Source of the DNA: Verrucomicrobiota bacterium
Lineage (GTDB): Bacteria > Verrucomicrobiota > Verrucomicrobiia > Limisphaerales > UBA11358
Direction of reading: 5' to 3'
Assembly (NCBI GenBank): GCA_049523555.1
Contig: JBEKMU010000010.1
Span: forward strand, 1,395 to 65,394
Length of the DNA: 64,000 bases
How positions within the stretch are numbered: the first letter of the stretch is position 1; each line of letters starts with the position of its first letter. Positions 24,790 through 34,883 of the stretch are shown in pieces. The notes under the pieces are model-generated. The model saw only the letters and a program-made list of their open reading frames with translations. It was not told the DNA's origin and did not search any database. Both the position numbers and the translations under genes were made by a program.

Positions 24790-26901
24790 ATGCACACACG
24801 AGCAATGAAGCATCGCTTGGCCTTTCTTAACGTATTGGTTTTGTTCTTTTGTGCGGTCAGTCGTTCTCACGCCCAAATTCCAACGTATGGGAATCTTCAG
24901 GCCCAAGAATATGGTGATGCCGTGTATCGGCAAATAGATAGCTTTTGGCTGAATTTTTTCGGGGCCGACTACAATCATACGGCGGTCTTTGCCGGAATTA
25001 ATTCGAGTCACATCCCGCAGGTAATGGAAGCAACCGGACAGGGGGGAAATACAGCAGGTGATACCACTGCCGAGATCGGTTTTTCGGATATTAATGGCCA
25101 ACCATCGCTGACTTATTTCGGCGCTTATACAAAGACCGATTTGACTTTATCATTTTCTGCACGCAAGAGCGTAGTAGCAACTGCCGTTTCGCTTGTTGAT
25201 GCTTATATCCAATATTATGCATATGACGCCATCGACTATTATTCGGGAGGGAATGATATAAGCCATATCCAATACATTCGTTGTGATGGGCTTGTGGAAT
25301 ACTGCTACAACGCGAATGGGTATGTCGTTTGGTGGCCCACCGCGAATCCGAGCCATTGGAGTATTCTTAGCTATCCCGACGAGCACAATGATGCGCCGAC
25401 TCCTCCAACTGATCCGTCTTATGAGTTTTCACCTTGGGCGCAGCGGGGCGCGCCCGGCGGGTCGTTTTGGGGACCGAGTCCCGGCAACACTTACATGACG
25501 CGGCCTTCCGTCATCAACCTGCCGACCTACCAACTGACGCAGGTGACGAACGCGGGCTACGCAGACGTGACGATTCAAGCCACGGATGAATCGGGCATTC
25601 ACTACATCGGATACAAGAAGCCGGGAGAAACAAATTGGAATTACAGCCCGACACAGGTGCAGCATCCGACAAGTGACACGTATTCTTTCGGCCCGGTGCG
25701 GATCACGAACAGCGGAACGCTCTATATTTTTGCCGTGGACAACGGCGGCAATTATCCAACGCTCGCCACGAGTTACACGATCACTGTGCCGCCGCCTGAC
25801 ACAACAAAGCCAACGGTTTCAATCACCAACCCACCGTCCGCAAAGACTTACACGAATTCACAGACAGTAACCGTTTCAGCGAGCGCCTCGGACAACGTGG
25901 GTGTCGCGAGCGTTGCATTTTATGATGGCTCGACGCTCAAAGGCACTGACCCGACCGCAGCCTACACCTACGATTGGTCATTCGCTGCTGCTGACAACGG
26001 GGCGCATGTGTGGACGGCTCGTGCGTACGATGCTGCCGGAAACGTTTCCACCTCCAGTCCGGTTACGCTCACCGTCAGCATTGACATCACGCCGCCAACG
26101 GTTGTGATTTCCAGCCCAGCCAACGGAGCAAATCTGACAACTTCGACAACGACCGTATCAGGTACGGCCAGTGATCCCGGCTCGCCGAGCAGCGGGCTGA
26201 ATTTGGTGCAAGTTCGAGTCAATGGCGGCGCTTGGCAAACGGCGAGCGGCACGACGAGTTGGAGTCGCAGCGTAACGCTGATGCCGTGCGGAAACACAAT
26301 CGAAGCCCGCAGTCTCGACAAGGCGGGCAACTATTCCACCAACGCTTTAATCTCCGTCACCTACACGCCGCCCAACACCGTGCCGAATACTCCAAGCAAC
26401 ATTTCACCACCCAACGCCGCAACGAAAGTGTCAGTCACCCCCACGTTGCAAGCGAGTGCGTTCAGCGATGTGGACTGCATCGGCGACACGCACGCTGCGA
26501 GCCAGTGGCAAGTGCTGAACAGCACGGGCGCAGTCGTGGTTGCGGACAGTGGCGCGGACACGGTGAACAAGGTCAGCTGGCTAGTGCCCGCTGCAAAATT
26601 GTATTACGGCAGCAACTACCAATGGCGTGTTCGCTACCAAGACAGCCGCAGTGGATGGAGCAGCTACTCTACTCAAACCACATTCACCACTGGCGGCCCA
26701 TTACTCAGCGGAACAAAGCAAGGCACAAACATGGTTTTCAAATGGCCGACCAATGCGCTCAGCTTCTCGCTGCAATGGGTCACGAATCTTTCATCGGCGA
26801 ATTGGAGCAACGCAACGCCTGCACCAGTAATTGTGAGCGGCCAATACACCGTCACAAACAGAATGACCAATAACGCGAGATTCTATCGGTTGAAGAAATA
26901 G
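24790..26901 (+). CDS. secreted multidomain protein: permuted papain-like (YiiX/NlpC-P60 clan) domain + Ig-like/FN3-like domains + FYRL-type C-terminal domain
   Basis: Signal peptide. NHTAVFAG...VMEATGQG...RCDGLVEYCYNANG follows the His-before-Cys permuted pattern. Tandem Ig-like modules (TKPTVSITNP...; ITPPTVVISSP...). C-terminus ends ...ARFYRLKK. Confidence 0.65.
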   Translation: MHTRAMKHRLAFLNVLVLFFCAVSRSHAQIPTYGNLQAQEYGDAVYRQIDSFWLNFFGADYNHTAVFAGINSSHIPQVMEATGQGGNTAGDTTAEIGFSDINGQPSLTYFGAYTKTDLTLSFSARKSVVATAVSLVDAYIQYYAYDAIDYYSGGNDISHIQYIRCDGLVEYCYNANGYVVWWPTANPSHWSILSYPDEHNDAPTPPTDPSYEFSPWAQRGAPGGSFWGPSPGNTYMTRPSVINLPTYQLTQVTNAGYADVTIQATDESGIHYIGYKKPGETNWNYSPTQVQHPTSDTYSFGPVRITNSGTLYIFAVDNGGNYPTLATSYTITVPPPDTTKPTVSITNPPSAKTYTNSQTVTVSASASDNVGVASVAFYDGSTLKGTDPTAAYTYDWSFAAADNGAHVWTARAYDAAGNVSTSSPVTLTVSIDITPPTVVISSPANGANLTTSTTTVSGTASDPGSPSSGLNLVQVRVNGGAWQTASGTTSWSRSVTLMPCGNTIEARSLDKAGNYSTNALISVTYTPPNTVPNTPSNISPPNAATKVSVTPTLQASAFSDVDCIGDTHAASQWQVLNSTGAVVVADSGADTVNKVSWLVPAAKLYYGSNYQWRVRYQDSRSGWSSYSTQTTFTTGGPLLSGTKQGTNMVFKWPTNALSFSLQWVTNLSSANWSNATPAPVIVSGQYTVTNRMTNNARFYRLKK

Positions 26902-27013
26902 CATCGGGACTGCGCTACCTTTATCTGCGCTCTTTGTGCGTTTTGCATTTTCCGCAGCAAAAGAAAACAGAGTTTCCCTGATTTCCCAATTTTGTTATGT
27001 TGCGTCGGCAAAA

Positions 27014-28633
27014 ATGCAGACATTGCGCGAAAAACTATTTCAGTCCTCCCGGTTTCTCATCGGGACTGAATTGGTTTCCACCCGCGGCTCCATGGCGGAG
27101 AAAAGCGCCGTAAAGGTTCGCACGTTCGCCAACCAGCTCGTCGAGTGCCCGTACATTGACTGGATTTCCATCACCGACAATGCCGGCGGTCACCCGCAAC
27201 TCGCACCCACGGCACTGGGCAAACCTCTGCTTTACGCGGGCAAGGAGGTCGTTATTCACCTCACGTGCAAGGACCTGAACCGAAACGGCCTTGAGAGTGA
27301 AGCCTGGCTGCTGAACAGCGAAGGTTTTAACAATGTTCTGGCCATGACCGGCGATTACCCGGTGACCGGGGACATGGGCATGGCCAAGCCGGTTTTCGAC
27401 ATTGATTCCGTCGGCCTGATTTCCATGTTGAACAAGATGAATCAGGGGTTTGATCTCAAAGATGAGCATGGCAACAGCAAAAGCGAGCGGCTCGAAAAAA
27501 CCCAGTTTTGCATCGGCGCCGTCACCACCAATTACAAGCTGCGCGAGGGCGAGGTTGTCCCTCAATACCTGAAGCTGCAAAAGAAAGTCGAGTGCGGCGC
27601 TCACTTCATCATCAATCAAGTCGGCTACGATTCCCGCAAAGCCCACGAACTGCGGCGGTACATGGATGACCACGGGATGAAGGACGTTCCGCTAATTGGG
27701 AATGTCTTTTTGTTGAGCCCAAGGGTCGCGCAAATTTTTTACAGCGGAAGAATTCCGGGTATTGTTGTCACTCCCGCGCTGCTGGAGCTTTGTCTCAAAC
27801 AGGGTCAATCCCCCGACAAGGGGAAGGCTTTCTTCTGCGAATTTGCGGCCAAGCAGATGGCCATCTTCCGCGGCCTGGGCTACCGGGGAGCGTATCTGGG
27901 AGGGGTGCACAATCTCGCGACCATGGAAAAAGTGATGGCGATTGAACGATCGTTCTCGCCGGATGATTGGAAACAATTTGCGCGCGGGATCAAATTCTCC
28001 AGACTTGGCGAATTTTTCCATTACGCCGAAGACCCCGCCTCCGGACTGGCGGCTCCGACCCTGCCAACCCCCGCCGGGACCCCGGTAAAATCAAAACATG
28101 TCGGCGCGCTGTATCAGTTGTCCAAGTGGACCCATGACCTCATGTTTACCCCGGGACGGGTCTTGAGCAACTGGGGGGCGAAAATCTGCCAAAACTCAAA
28201 GGATCCCAGTCAAGGCCCCAAGCCGCTTCGGGCTTTGGAGCATCTCAGCAAGGCCGTTTTGTTCCAATGCAAAGACTGCGGCGATTGTTCGCTGCCGGAC
28301 ATTGCGTTTCTGTGCCCCGAATCTCAATGTGCCAAGAACCAGCGGAATGGTCCCTGTGGCGGCACACGGGAGGGCCACTGCGAAGTGGATGGCTACGGCG
28401 ATTGCATCTGGCTGCGCGCCTATGAACGGTTGAAACACGACGGAAAAGAACAGTCATTGCTCGAGCACGCGCCCGCCGTGCAAAATCAAGCGCTTCGGGG
28501 GACTTCCTCCTGGGCGAACAACTGGCTGGGACGTGATCACGCCGCAAAACGGGTGGACAAGATTTCTTTGAACAAGACCGGTGAACAGAAAACAACCGAC
28601 ACGAAACAGCAAACGCCCGTTTCCACACATTAA
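27014..28633 (+). CDS. metF: methylenetetrahydrofolate reductase fused to a Cys-rich MTHFR C-terminal (MetV-like) domain
   Basis: MetF-like barrel sequence (ISITDNAGG..., HLTCKD). C-terminal CKDCGDCSLPDIAFLCPESQCAKNQRNGPCGG. Start trimmed to the ATG at 27014. Confidence 0.8.
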   Translation: MQTLREKLFQSSRFLIGTELVSTRGSMAEKSAVKVRTFANQLVECPYIDWISITDNAGGHPQLAPTALGKPLLYAGKEVVIHLTCKDLNRNGLESEAWLLNSEGFNNVLAMTGDYPVTGDMGMAKPVFDIDSVGLISMLNKMNQGFDLKDEHGNSKSERLEKTQFCIGAVTTNYKLREGEVVPQYLKLQKKVECGAHFIINQVGYDSRKAHELRRYMDDHGMKDVPLIGNVFLLSPRVAQIFYSGRIPGIVVTPALLELCLKQGQSPDKGKAFFCEFAAKQMAIFRGLGYRGAYLGGVHNLATMEKVMAIERSFSPDDWKQFARGIKFSRLGEFFHYAEDPASGLAAPTLPTPAGTPVKSKHVGALYQLSKWTHDLMFTPGRVLSNWGAKICQNSKDPSQGPKPLRALEHLSKAVLFQCKDCGDCSLPDIAFLCPESQCAKNQRNGPCGGTREGHCEVDGYGDCIWLRAYERLKHDGKEQSLLEHAPAVQNQALRGTSSWANNWLGRDHAAKRVDKISLNKTGEQKTTDTKQQTPVSTH

Positions 28634-28658
28634 AGCCATCGTTATTCGAGAAGATAAA

Positions 28659-29588
28659 ATGAGCGCGAAAAAACTACGGATTATTGGTGATTTGATCAAC
28701 AACGCCTATGGGCGGGCTCGCAACGCCTTCACCGCGCGAAATCTGGAAGGCTATCAAAATCTGGCCAAATCGCAGGCCGAACTGGGCGTGGATTTTCTCG
28801 ACCTCAACATTGATGGCACCCGGCAAATCCAGGTGAAGCTGGAGGAAATGCGGGCCTTCCTGCCCGATGTGATTCCGGCGATTCAAGCGGTAACCCGGGT
28901 TCCGCTGTGCATGGACAATCCGTCGGTGGAATTCCAGAAGGTTGCGCTGAAACATTACGACCGTTCCAAAGGCGGGGCGCCCATCCTGAATTCCATTGCC
29001 GCCTCCCGCGAACATCTCGATGAAATGATCGAACTGGTCGCGGCCTACGACACGCTCGTCATCGTCATGGCTTCTGAAAAATTTGCCGACGGCGGGTCGG
29101 CCCAGTGTCTCAATCCGCAAGACGTGCATGCCACCGCAAAGCATTTTGTCGAGTTGCTGACGACCAAAGCCGGACGGCGCAAGGACCAAATCCTCATTGA
29201 CACGGGACTCGCGCCGGTCGGCGCTGACACTTACGGACTGGTCAACATCGGTCTCGATGCCATGCGGTTGATTCGCCAGGACCCGGACCTGCGTGGTGTT
29301 CATTTCACCTGCGGGCTGTCCAACTTCGCCTGGGGCACTCCCAAGCACATCCGTCATGAACTCGAAAAAGCTTATCTCACCATCGGGATGGAAGCCGGCC
29401 TGGATTTTGCCATAGCCAATCCGGAAAAATCGTCCGGCCCGCTCCCGGCTGATCATCCGTTGGTGGCGCGGCTGCGACAAGCCCTCGCCCAAGGCCGGGC
29501 CGCTGCCGGGGAAAGCCAGGAAACGGCCGGGTTTCGTCAGGCCGAGGCCGTGATGAATATCTGGAGCGATGGACAACCCGCAGATTAA
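28659..29588 (+). CDS. pterin-binding methyltetrahydrofolate:corrinoid methyltransferase (MeTr/AcsE/MtrH-like)
   Basis: LRIIGDLINN....A........Y..LA..Q...G.DFLDLNID is typical of DHPS-like pterin-binding barrels. Confidence 0.75.
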   Translation: MSAKKLRIIGDLINNAYGRARNAFTARNLEGYQNLAKSQAELGVDFLDLNIDGTRQIQVKLEEMRAFLPDVIPAIQAVTRVPLCMDNPSVEFQKVALKHYDRSKGGAPILNSIAASREHLDEMIELVAAYDTLVIVMASEKFADGGSAQCLNPQDVHATAKHFVELLTTKAGRRKDQILIDTGLAPVGADTYGLVNIGLDAMRLIRQDPDLRGVHFTCGLSNFAWGTPKHIRHELEKAYLTIGMEAGLDFAIANPEKSSGPLPADHPLVARLRQALAQGRAAAGESQETAGFRQAEAVMNIWSDGQPAD

Positions 29589-30867
29589 GACGACGATTCC
29601 ATCAGCGGCCAACGGCCGACGCATCTGGCTTCGTGTCGGAATGCTGTTGAATGGAATCAGCACCAGCCCCCTTCGAAACGCCCACGTTGCCTATAACGAA
29701 AAAGAAATTCTCTTCGTCGGCGGGTCTGACGCTTCACCGTCCCCGGATTTCTTGAGTCCCGGGCAACGCCAGCCGGATTTGGATTTGCCGGATTTCACTT
29801 TGCTGCCCGGACTCATCGAAGCACACACGCATTTGTCTCTCGAAGGGGCGGAATTGGATGCTCATCAGCGGGCGGTTCATCTGAAACAAACGCCCGAAGC
29901 TCTTTTGAAAGCGGCGCGGCGGCGGCTGGAAAAATTGGTCCGCATCGGCGTCATCTCCGTCCGCGACGCGGGTGACAAGGACGGCGTCGGCCTGACGCTC
30001 AGCAAACTTTACCAGAGCGAAGGCAGGCCATTGATGCCTTACGTGGACAGCCCCGGCGCCGCGATTCATCACAAGGGGCGTTACGGAAGTCTCATGGCGG
30101 AACCGATCGAGAAATTCGACTCCCTGATGCATTGCGTGGAGGCCCGGGTCAAAGCCGGGGCCGATCGCATCAAGTTGATTGCGACCGGTATCATCAATTT
30201 CAAACAGGGCAGGGTCACCACTGAACCGTAAATGATCGCAGTGGAGGTTTCTGAATTGGTCAGTGCGGCAAAATCATTCGGCAAACAAACCTTCGCACAT
30301 GCTTCCGGCGACACGGGCATCGAACGCGCCATCGAAGGCGGCGTGGATTCCATCGAACACGGCTTCTTTGTTCGCGAGGATCAACTCGCCCGGATGCGCG
30401 ACCGGCAAATTGCCTGGGTGCCAACCTTTGCGCCGGTACAGGCACAGATTGACCATGCCGACCGGTTGGGTTGGGACGACAAAGTGGTATCGAACTTGAA
30501 GAAAATTCTCGACCGACATGCCGCGAGCCTGGTCAAAGCGCATGACATGGGCGTACCAATCATTGCCGGCAGCGACGCCGGTTCGTATGGCGTCGCGCAT
30601 GGAATTGGTTTTTTAAAGGAACTGGAATTGATGGAACGCGCCGGTCTGCCACCGCTGGCCGTGATCAATTCTGCGGCCGGCGCGAGTTCAAATCGTCTCG
30701 CGTTCAGGGAAAAATTCGGTCAAATCAAACCGGGATATCAAAGTCGCTTCATTCTCACGCGTTACTCGCCGCGGGAAAGTGTTTCGAATCTGCAAAAGCA
30801 AAAATTTGTCGTGTTTGACGGCGAGGTTTTTGAGAGCGGCGAGAACGTTGATTTAGAGGGGTTATAA
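29569..30867 (+). pseudogene. amidohydrolase-family enzyme interrupted by an in-frame TAA (30229-30231) followed directly by ATG
   Basis: The N-terminal half carries EAHTHL (HxH). The C-terminal half carries FAHASGD, SIEHG and GSDAG. Both halves share one frame (663 nt apart). Confidence 0.6.
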
Positions 30868-31002
30868 GTCACGCTGCGTTCTTGTGTTACAGTATCAAGA
30901 ACGACCAGCTTACGTTTACACTCACAATGTGAAGCGCACACAATCTCGTGAGAGGTCGTTTTTTATTGTCTGAAAGTGTGCAAGGCGATAGAAGTAACCT
31001 GA

Positions 31003-31467
31003 ATGATATGTCATCCATTCTTGACGAATTTAATTATCGAACATCTGTTCTCAAAAGCGCAGGTCTATCTGTACTTCACTGGGTATGACCCTTCCGGTAA
31101 AGGGTTTTTCGGCTCATGGTGCATTTTCAACAGTTCCAACCACACAGAGTCGCTAGAAAGCGTCTTTGCAGATGATCTAGGAGTGAGTGCAGGTCACTTC
31201 TCCACAGTTGGAGAGAACGTTTTCTTTTATGATCTAGCGAACATGCCTAGCCAGTTTGCCGCATTGCACGCCAATGAACTTTCCGAAACTCTTAGACAAA
31301 TTATCAGAGGAAGCCCTCTTCCAGAGGAAACTATTGAAAAGAGCTTGTTGGAAATGTTTCGACTCCACAAAACCTATGCTGCTCTGCTCAATTACGACAA
31401 AGGGTTGATTGACGAGCCATACATCATCTACAAGATAACAAGGGAAAAGACAGTGCAGCTTCATTGA
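31003..31467 (+). CDS. hypothetical protein in an AT-rich gap
   Basis: 154-aa ORF of normal amino-acid composition. No homology recognised. Confidence 0.35.
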   Translation: MICHPFLTNLIIEHLFSKAQVYLYFTGYDPSGKGFFGSWCIFNSSNHTESLESVFADDLGVSAGHFSTVGENVFFYDLANMPSQFAALHANELSETLRQIIRGSPLPEETIEKSLLEMFRLHKTYAALLNYDKGLIDEPYIIYKITREKTVQLH

Positions 31468-31560
31468 GCAGTTAAGGATCGCGGCCATGCCAGAAAGGAA
31501 AGGGGCAGTCCCAATAACTGACAATTTCGTCGACGCTAAAAGGAGACAATTATTTTTTGC

Positions 31561-33522
31561 TCAGCTTTTTCTGCCGGCTTTGAGCGTTGCGATGATTAGC
31601 TCCGCGTCATAAACGCACCCGGCCCACGTCCCGCCACTGGCCAGTTGCAGGGCGGCCCAGAGCCGCGTGTCCTCCGGTAAGGCGGCGTTCGACGCAAGGT
31701 CCTTCCGCACTCCACGGGCCGCCAGCACCCGCCGGCCTTCTTCCGGCGTGAATTGGCGTTGGCCTTCGCCGACCAGATCAACACTCCCTTCGTTGCGCTT
31801 GCAGTCAATGTGAATGCGGATGACGTCGCCGTCCAAAACCTTGCCGATGGGGCCGCCGGCCAGTCCTTCGGGGCCGATATGCCCGATACATGCACCGGTT
31901 GAAAGCCCCGAAAAACGGGCGTCAGTCAACAAGGCAACCTGTTTGCCAAAAGGCAAATGTTTGAGCGCACCGGTGACCTGATAGGTTTCTTCCATGCCCG
32001 TGCCCATCGGCCCAACGCCGGTCAGCACCAGCACGTCGCCGGCCTTGATACGTCCCTGTTTGATGGCCGCCATTGCGTCCTTCTCGTTCACAAAAACCCG
32101 CGCCGGCCCTTCCTTGCGATAAACGCCGGCCGCGTCCACAACTGACGGATCAATCGCCGTGGCTTTCACCACGGAACCTTCCGGCGCCAGATTGCCACGC
32201 GGGAAAACGAGCGTGCTGGCCAGGCCGCGTTCCCGGGCTTTGTCCGGCGGGAAAATGACTTCGTCGGCATCCACGCCATCCTGCTGCTTCAATAATTCCC
32301 GGAAACGCCAGCGCCGTTCGGATTTTTCCCACCAATCCAGGTTTTCGGCCAAGGTTTTTCCCGTGACGGTGAGCACTTCCCCGTTGAGCAAACCCAGGTA
32401 GCGCAGATGCAGCATCACTTCCGGCACGCCGCCTGCGAGGAATACGCGAACCGTGGGGTGCTGAACCGGACCGTTCGGCAACACGCTGACGAGCCGGGGA
32501 ACACGGCGATTGACGTAAATCCAATCATCCACCGTCGGAAGTTTCAGGCCGGCGGCGTGAGCGATGGCCGGGATGTGCAACAGCAAATTCGTGGAACCAC
32601 CGAAGGCGGCATGAATTACCATTGCATTTTGGATGCTCTCGGAGGTCAGAACATCGCGCATCTTGAACTTGCGTTCATGCAGTTGGTGAAGTGCGCGGGC
32701 CGAACGTCGGGCCATGTCCAGCCACACCGGTTGTCCTGAAGGCGCGAGCGCTGAATGCGGCAACGAAAGTCCGAGCGCCTCGCCGACCACCTGCGCAGTC
32801 GCCGCCGTGCCCAGAAATTGGCAGCCGCCGCCCGGTGAACCGCAGGCGCGGCAGCTCAATTCAGCGGCTTCCGACAACGAAACCAGTCCATGCGCGAAGC
32901 GGGTGCCCAGCGTTTGCACCGTGCCGGCATCTTCAGCCGCGTCAGCCAGCAACGTGACTCCGCCGGGAACAACCACGCAGGGCAGATCAGGCAGACCCGC
33001 GACGGCCATCATCATTGCCGGCAAACCTTTGTCGCAGGTGGCGATGCCGAGCACACCGGCGCGCAGGGGTAGTGAACGGGCCAGACGCCGGAAAATGATG
33101 GCGGCGTCATTTCGATACGGCAGGCTGTCGAACATGCCCGCTGTTCCCTGGGTCCGGCCATCGCAAGGGTCAGAGCAAAAACCGGCGAAAGGAACTGTTT
33201 GCAGCCGGCGAAATTCTTCCGCAGCGGCTTGAACGAGCAATCCGATTTCCCAATGACCGGTGTGATAACCAAGGGCAATCGGTTTGCCGTCGGGAGCGCG
33301 CAATCCACCTTGGGTACTGAGAATCAGGAACTGTTTCCGTCCGGCCTCGGCTGGGTTCCAGCCCATGCCGGCGTTTTGCGTCATTCCAAACAAATCGCCG
33401 CTGGGACTGTTCAGGAGCATTTCTTCGGTAATTGGCAGGCTTCCCGCCGGACCGTGGGCGTGGGTCTGAATCCGGTAGATGTCCGGGATGGCGGAATCGA
33501 ACACATCGTGGCTGGAACTCAT
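31561..33522 (-). CDS. IlvD/Edd-family dehydratase, YjhG/YagF-type D-xylonate dehydratase
   Basis: N-terminus ...[44 protein letters not shown] closely parallels E. coli YjhG. Length is ~653 aa. Confidence 0.85.
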   Translation of the reverse strand: MSSSHDVFDSAIPDIYRIQTHAHGPAGSLPITEEMLLNSPSGDLFGMTQNAGMGWNPAEAGRKQFLILSTQGGLRAPDGKPIALGYHTGHWEIGLLVQAAAEEFRRLQTVPFAGFCSDPCDGRTQGTAGMFDSLPYRNDAAIIFRRLARSLPLRAGVLGIATCDKGLPAMMMAVAGLPDLPCVVVPGGVTLLADAAEDAGTVQTLGTRFAHGLVSLSEAAELSCRACGSPGGGCQFLGTAATAQVVGEALGLSLPHSALAPSGQPVWLDMARRSARALHQLHERKFKMRDVLTSESIQNAMVIHAAFGGSTNLLLHIPAIAHAAGLKLPTVDDWIYVNRRVPRLVSVLPNGPVQHPTVRVFLAGGVPEVMLHLRYLGLLNGEVLTVTGKTLAENLDWWEKSERRWRFRELLKQQDGVDADEVIFPPDKARERGLASTLVFPRGNLAPEGSVVKATAIDPSVVDAAGVYRKEGPARVFVNEKDAMAAIKQGRIKAGDVLVLTGVGPMGTGMEETYQVTGALKHLPFGKQVALLTDARFSGLSTGACIGHIGPEGLAGGPIGKVLDGDVIRIHIDCKRNEGSVDLVGEGQRQFTPEEGRRVLAARGVRKDLASNAALPEDTRLWAALQLASGGTWAGCVYDAELIIATLKAGRKS

Positions 33523-33563
33523 GGGAGTTATTGAAGCATGTCTGGAAAAAATGAAAATCAGAA

Positions 33564-34754
33564 TTAAGAATTGACCTCACTCGCCTTGACATCCGCAGTT
33601 TTTGCGGGCGGCCCTTGAAAAGAGTATCCGTGTCCAAGCTCGATCAACCGGCTTTCAAAGAACCTCCAGGATACTGCCGCCGCCACCGCCGTCGCTGCCA
33701 GGGCCAGCAGATTTGCCCCCATGGCCGTCCATCCGATTGCCGGGCAGCCATGCCGTTCCAGCACGGATGCTTTCAGGGCCAGGGCAGGATCCTGGAGCAG
33801 ATACAGTCCATAAGACACCCTCGCGATTGGCTTCAGCACCGGGAGGCTTAGCCACTGGCGAAACCGGCCATGCGCATTCAGCCGCGCCAGCAACAGCGTG
33901 CAGGTGAAAAAAGCCGCAATCCAGGTGTACCCGCCGATGGCAATCAGAGGATGGTATGTATTGAAGCCGGAGAGCATCATCCCGATTATGCCTGCAGCCA
34001 GTGCCAGCCACAGAGCCCGCAGGCGCGCCATCCGCTCTACCAACCATTCCCGGACTTGGGTGACCCGAAGGGCATAGGCGCTCAAAACGCCCATCAGCAA
34101 GGAATCCCACCGGCAGGGCAGCAGCATGTAGCACACGCCGCAGGCCTTCGAACTCTCCGAAAAGACCAGGAACGACGAAGCGCGCAACAAGGGCGCAAGC
34201 ATGATCGCCGCCACCGTGATTTGGACCAGTCGCGGCCCATTCAGCCTGCGCACCAATGGCGGTAACAGCAGGTAAAATTGCTCCTCCACGGCAAGTGACC
34301 AAGTGACCCCCAGATAGCCCGGCACGGTAACGAAAGGCACGATGAAGTTTTGCAGGAAGCAGAGATACACCAGCATCGTCCAACCATTAACCGTGCCCAA
34401 CCCGTGCCCGCTGAAACGCGACTCCAAACCCAATCCCACGACCAACAGAGCCGGCGCCAGCAGAACTGCGTATAGCGGCACGATCCGCAAAAAACGCCGG
34501 AGATAAAAAATGCGGTAATAGTTCGAGGCTTCCCGGTGGTCGAGCAAAATTCCCCCGATGAGGAAACCTGAAATGACAAAAAACAGGTCAACGCCAACCC
34601 ACCCGAAACCCGTCACCGTTTTGATTATTTGAACGGGAATGGCAAACGAAACAAAATGATGCAACAGCACCAGAAGGATGGCGATGGCCCGCAGACCATC
34701 CAAGTCGGACATCCGGTCACCGGCGCTGTTCGATTTCGAGTTCATGCTGGCCAT
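33564..34754 (-). CDS. acyltransferase family 3 (OafA-like) membrane protein
   Basis: [15 protein letters not shown] motif and about 10 hydrophobic helices. Start uncertain (34844, 34754 or 34712). Confidence 0.75.
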   Translation of the reverse strand: MASMNSKSNSAGDRMSDLDGLRAIAILLVLLHHFVSFAIPVQIIKTVTGFGWVGVDLFFVISGFLIGGILLDHREASNYYRIFYLRRFLRIVPLYAVLLAPALLVVGLGLESRFSGHGLGTVNGWTMLVYLCFLQNFIVPFVTVPGYLGVTWSLAVEEQFYLLLPPLVRRLNGPRLVQITVAAIMLAPLLRASSFLVFSESSKACGVCYMLLPCRWDSLLMGVLSAYALRVTQVREWLVERMARLRALWLALAAGIIGMMLSGFNTYHPLIAIGGYTWIAAFFTCTLLLARLNAHGRFRQWLSLPVLKPIARVSYGLYLLQDPALALKASVLERHGCPAIGWTAMGANLLALAATAVAAAVSWRFFESRLIELGHGYSFQGPPAKTADVKASEVNS

Positions 34755-34883
34755 GCAAAAGGGCGCTTGCTCATGTAAGCACAACGTTTCCCCCTCCAGC
34801 AAGCGCGGGCAAGCCCCGGTCAACGCCGGAATTCGTATCGCCAATCTTCAAAGAGCCTGCTAAAAACCCCGCACTCCGAGCTT

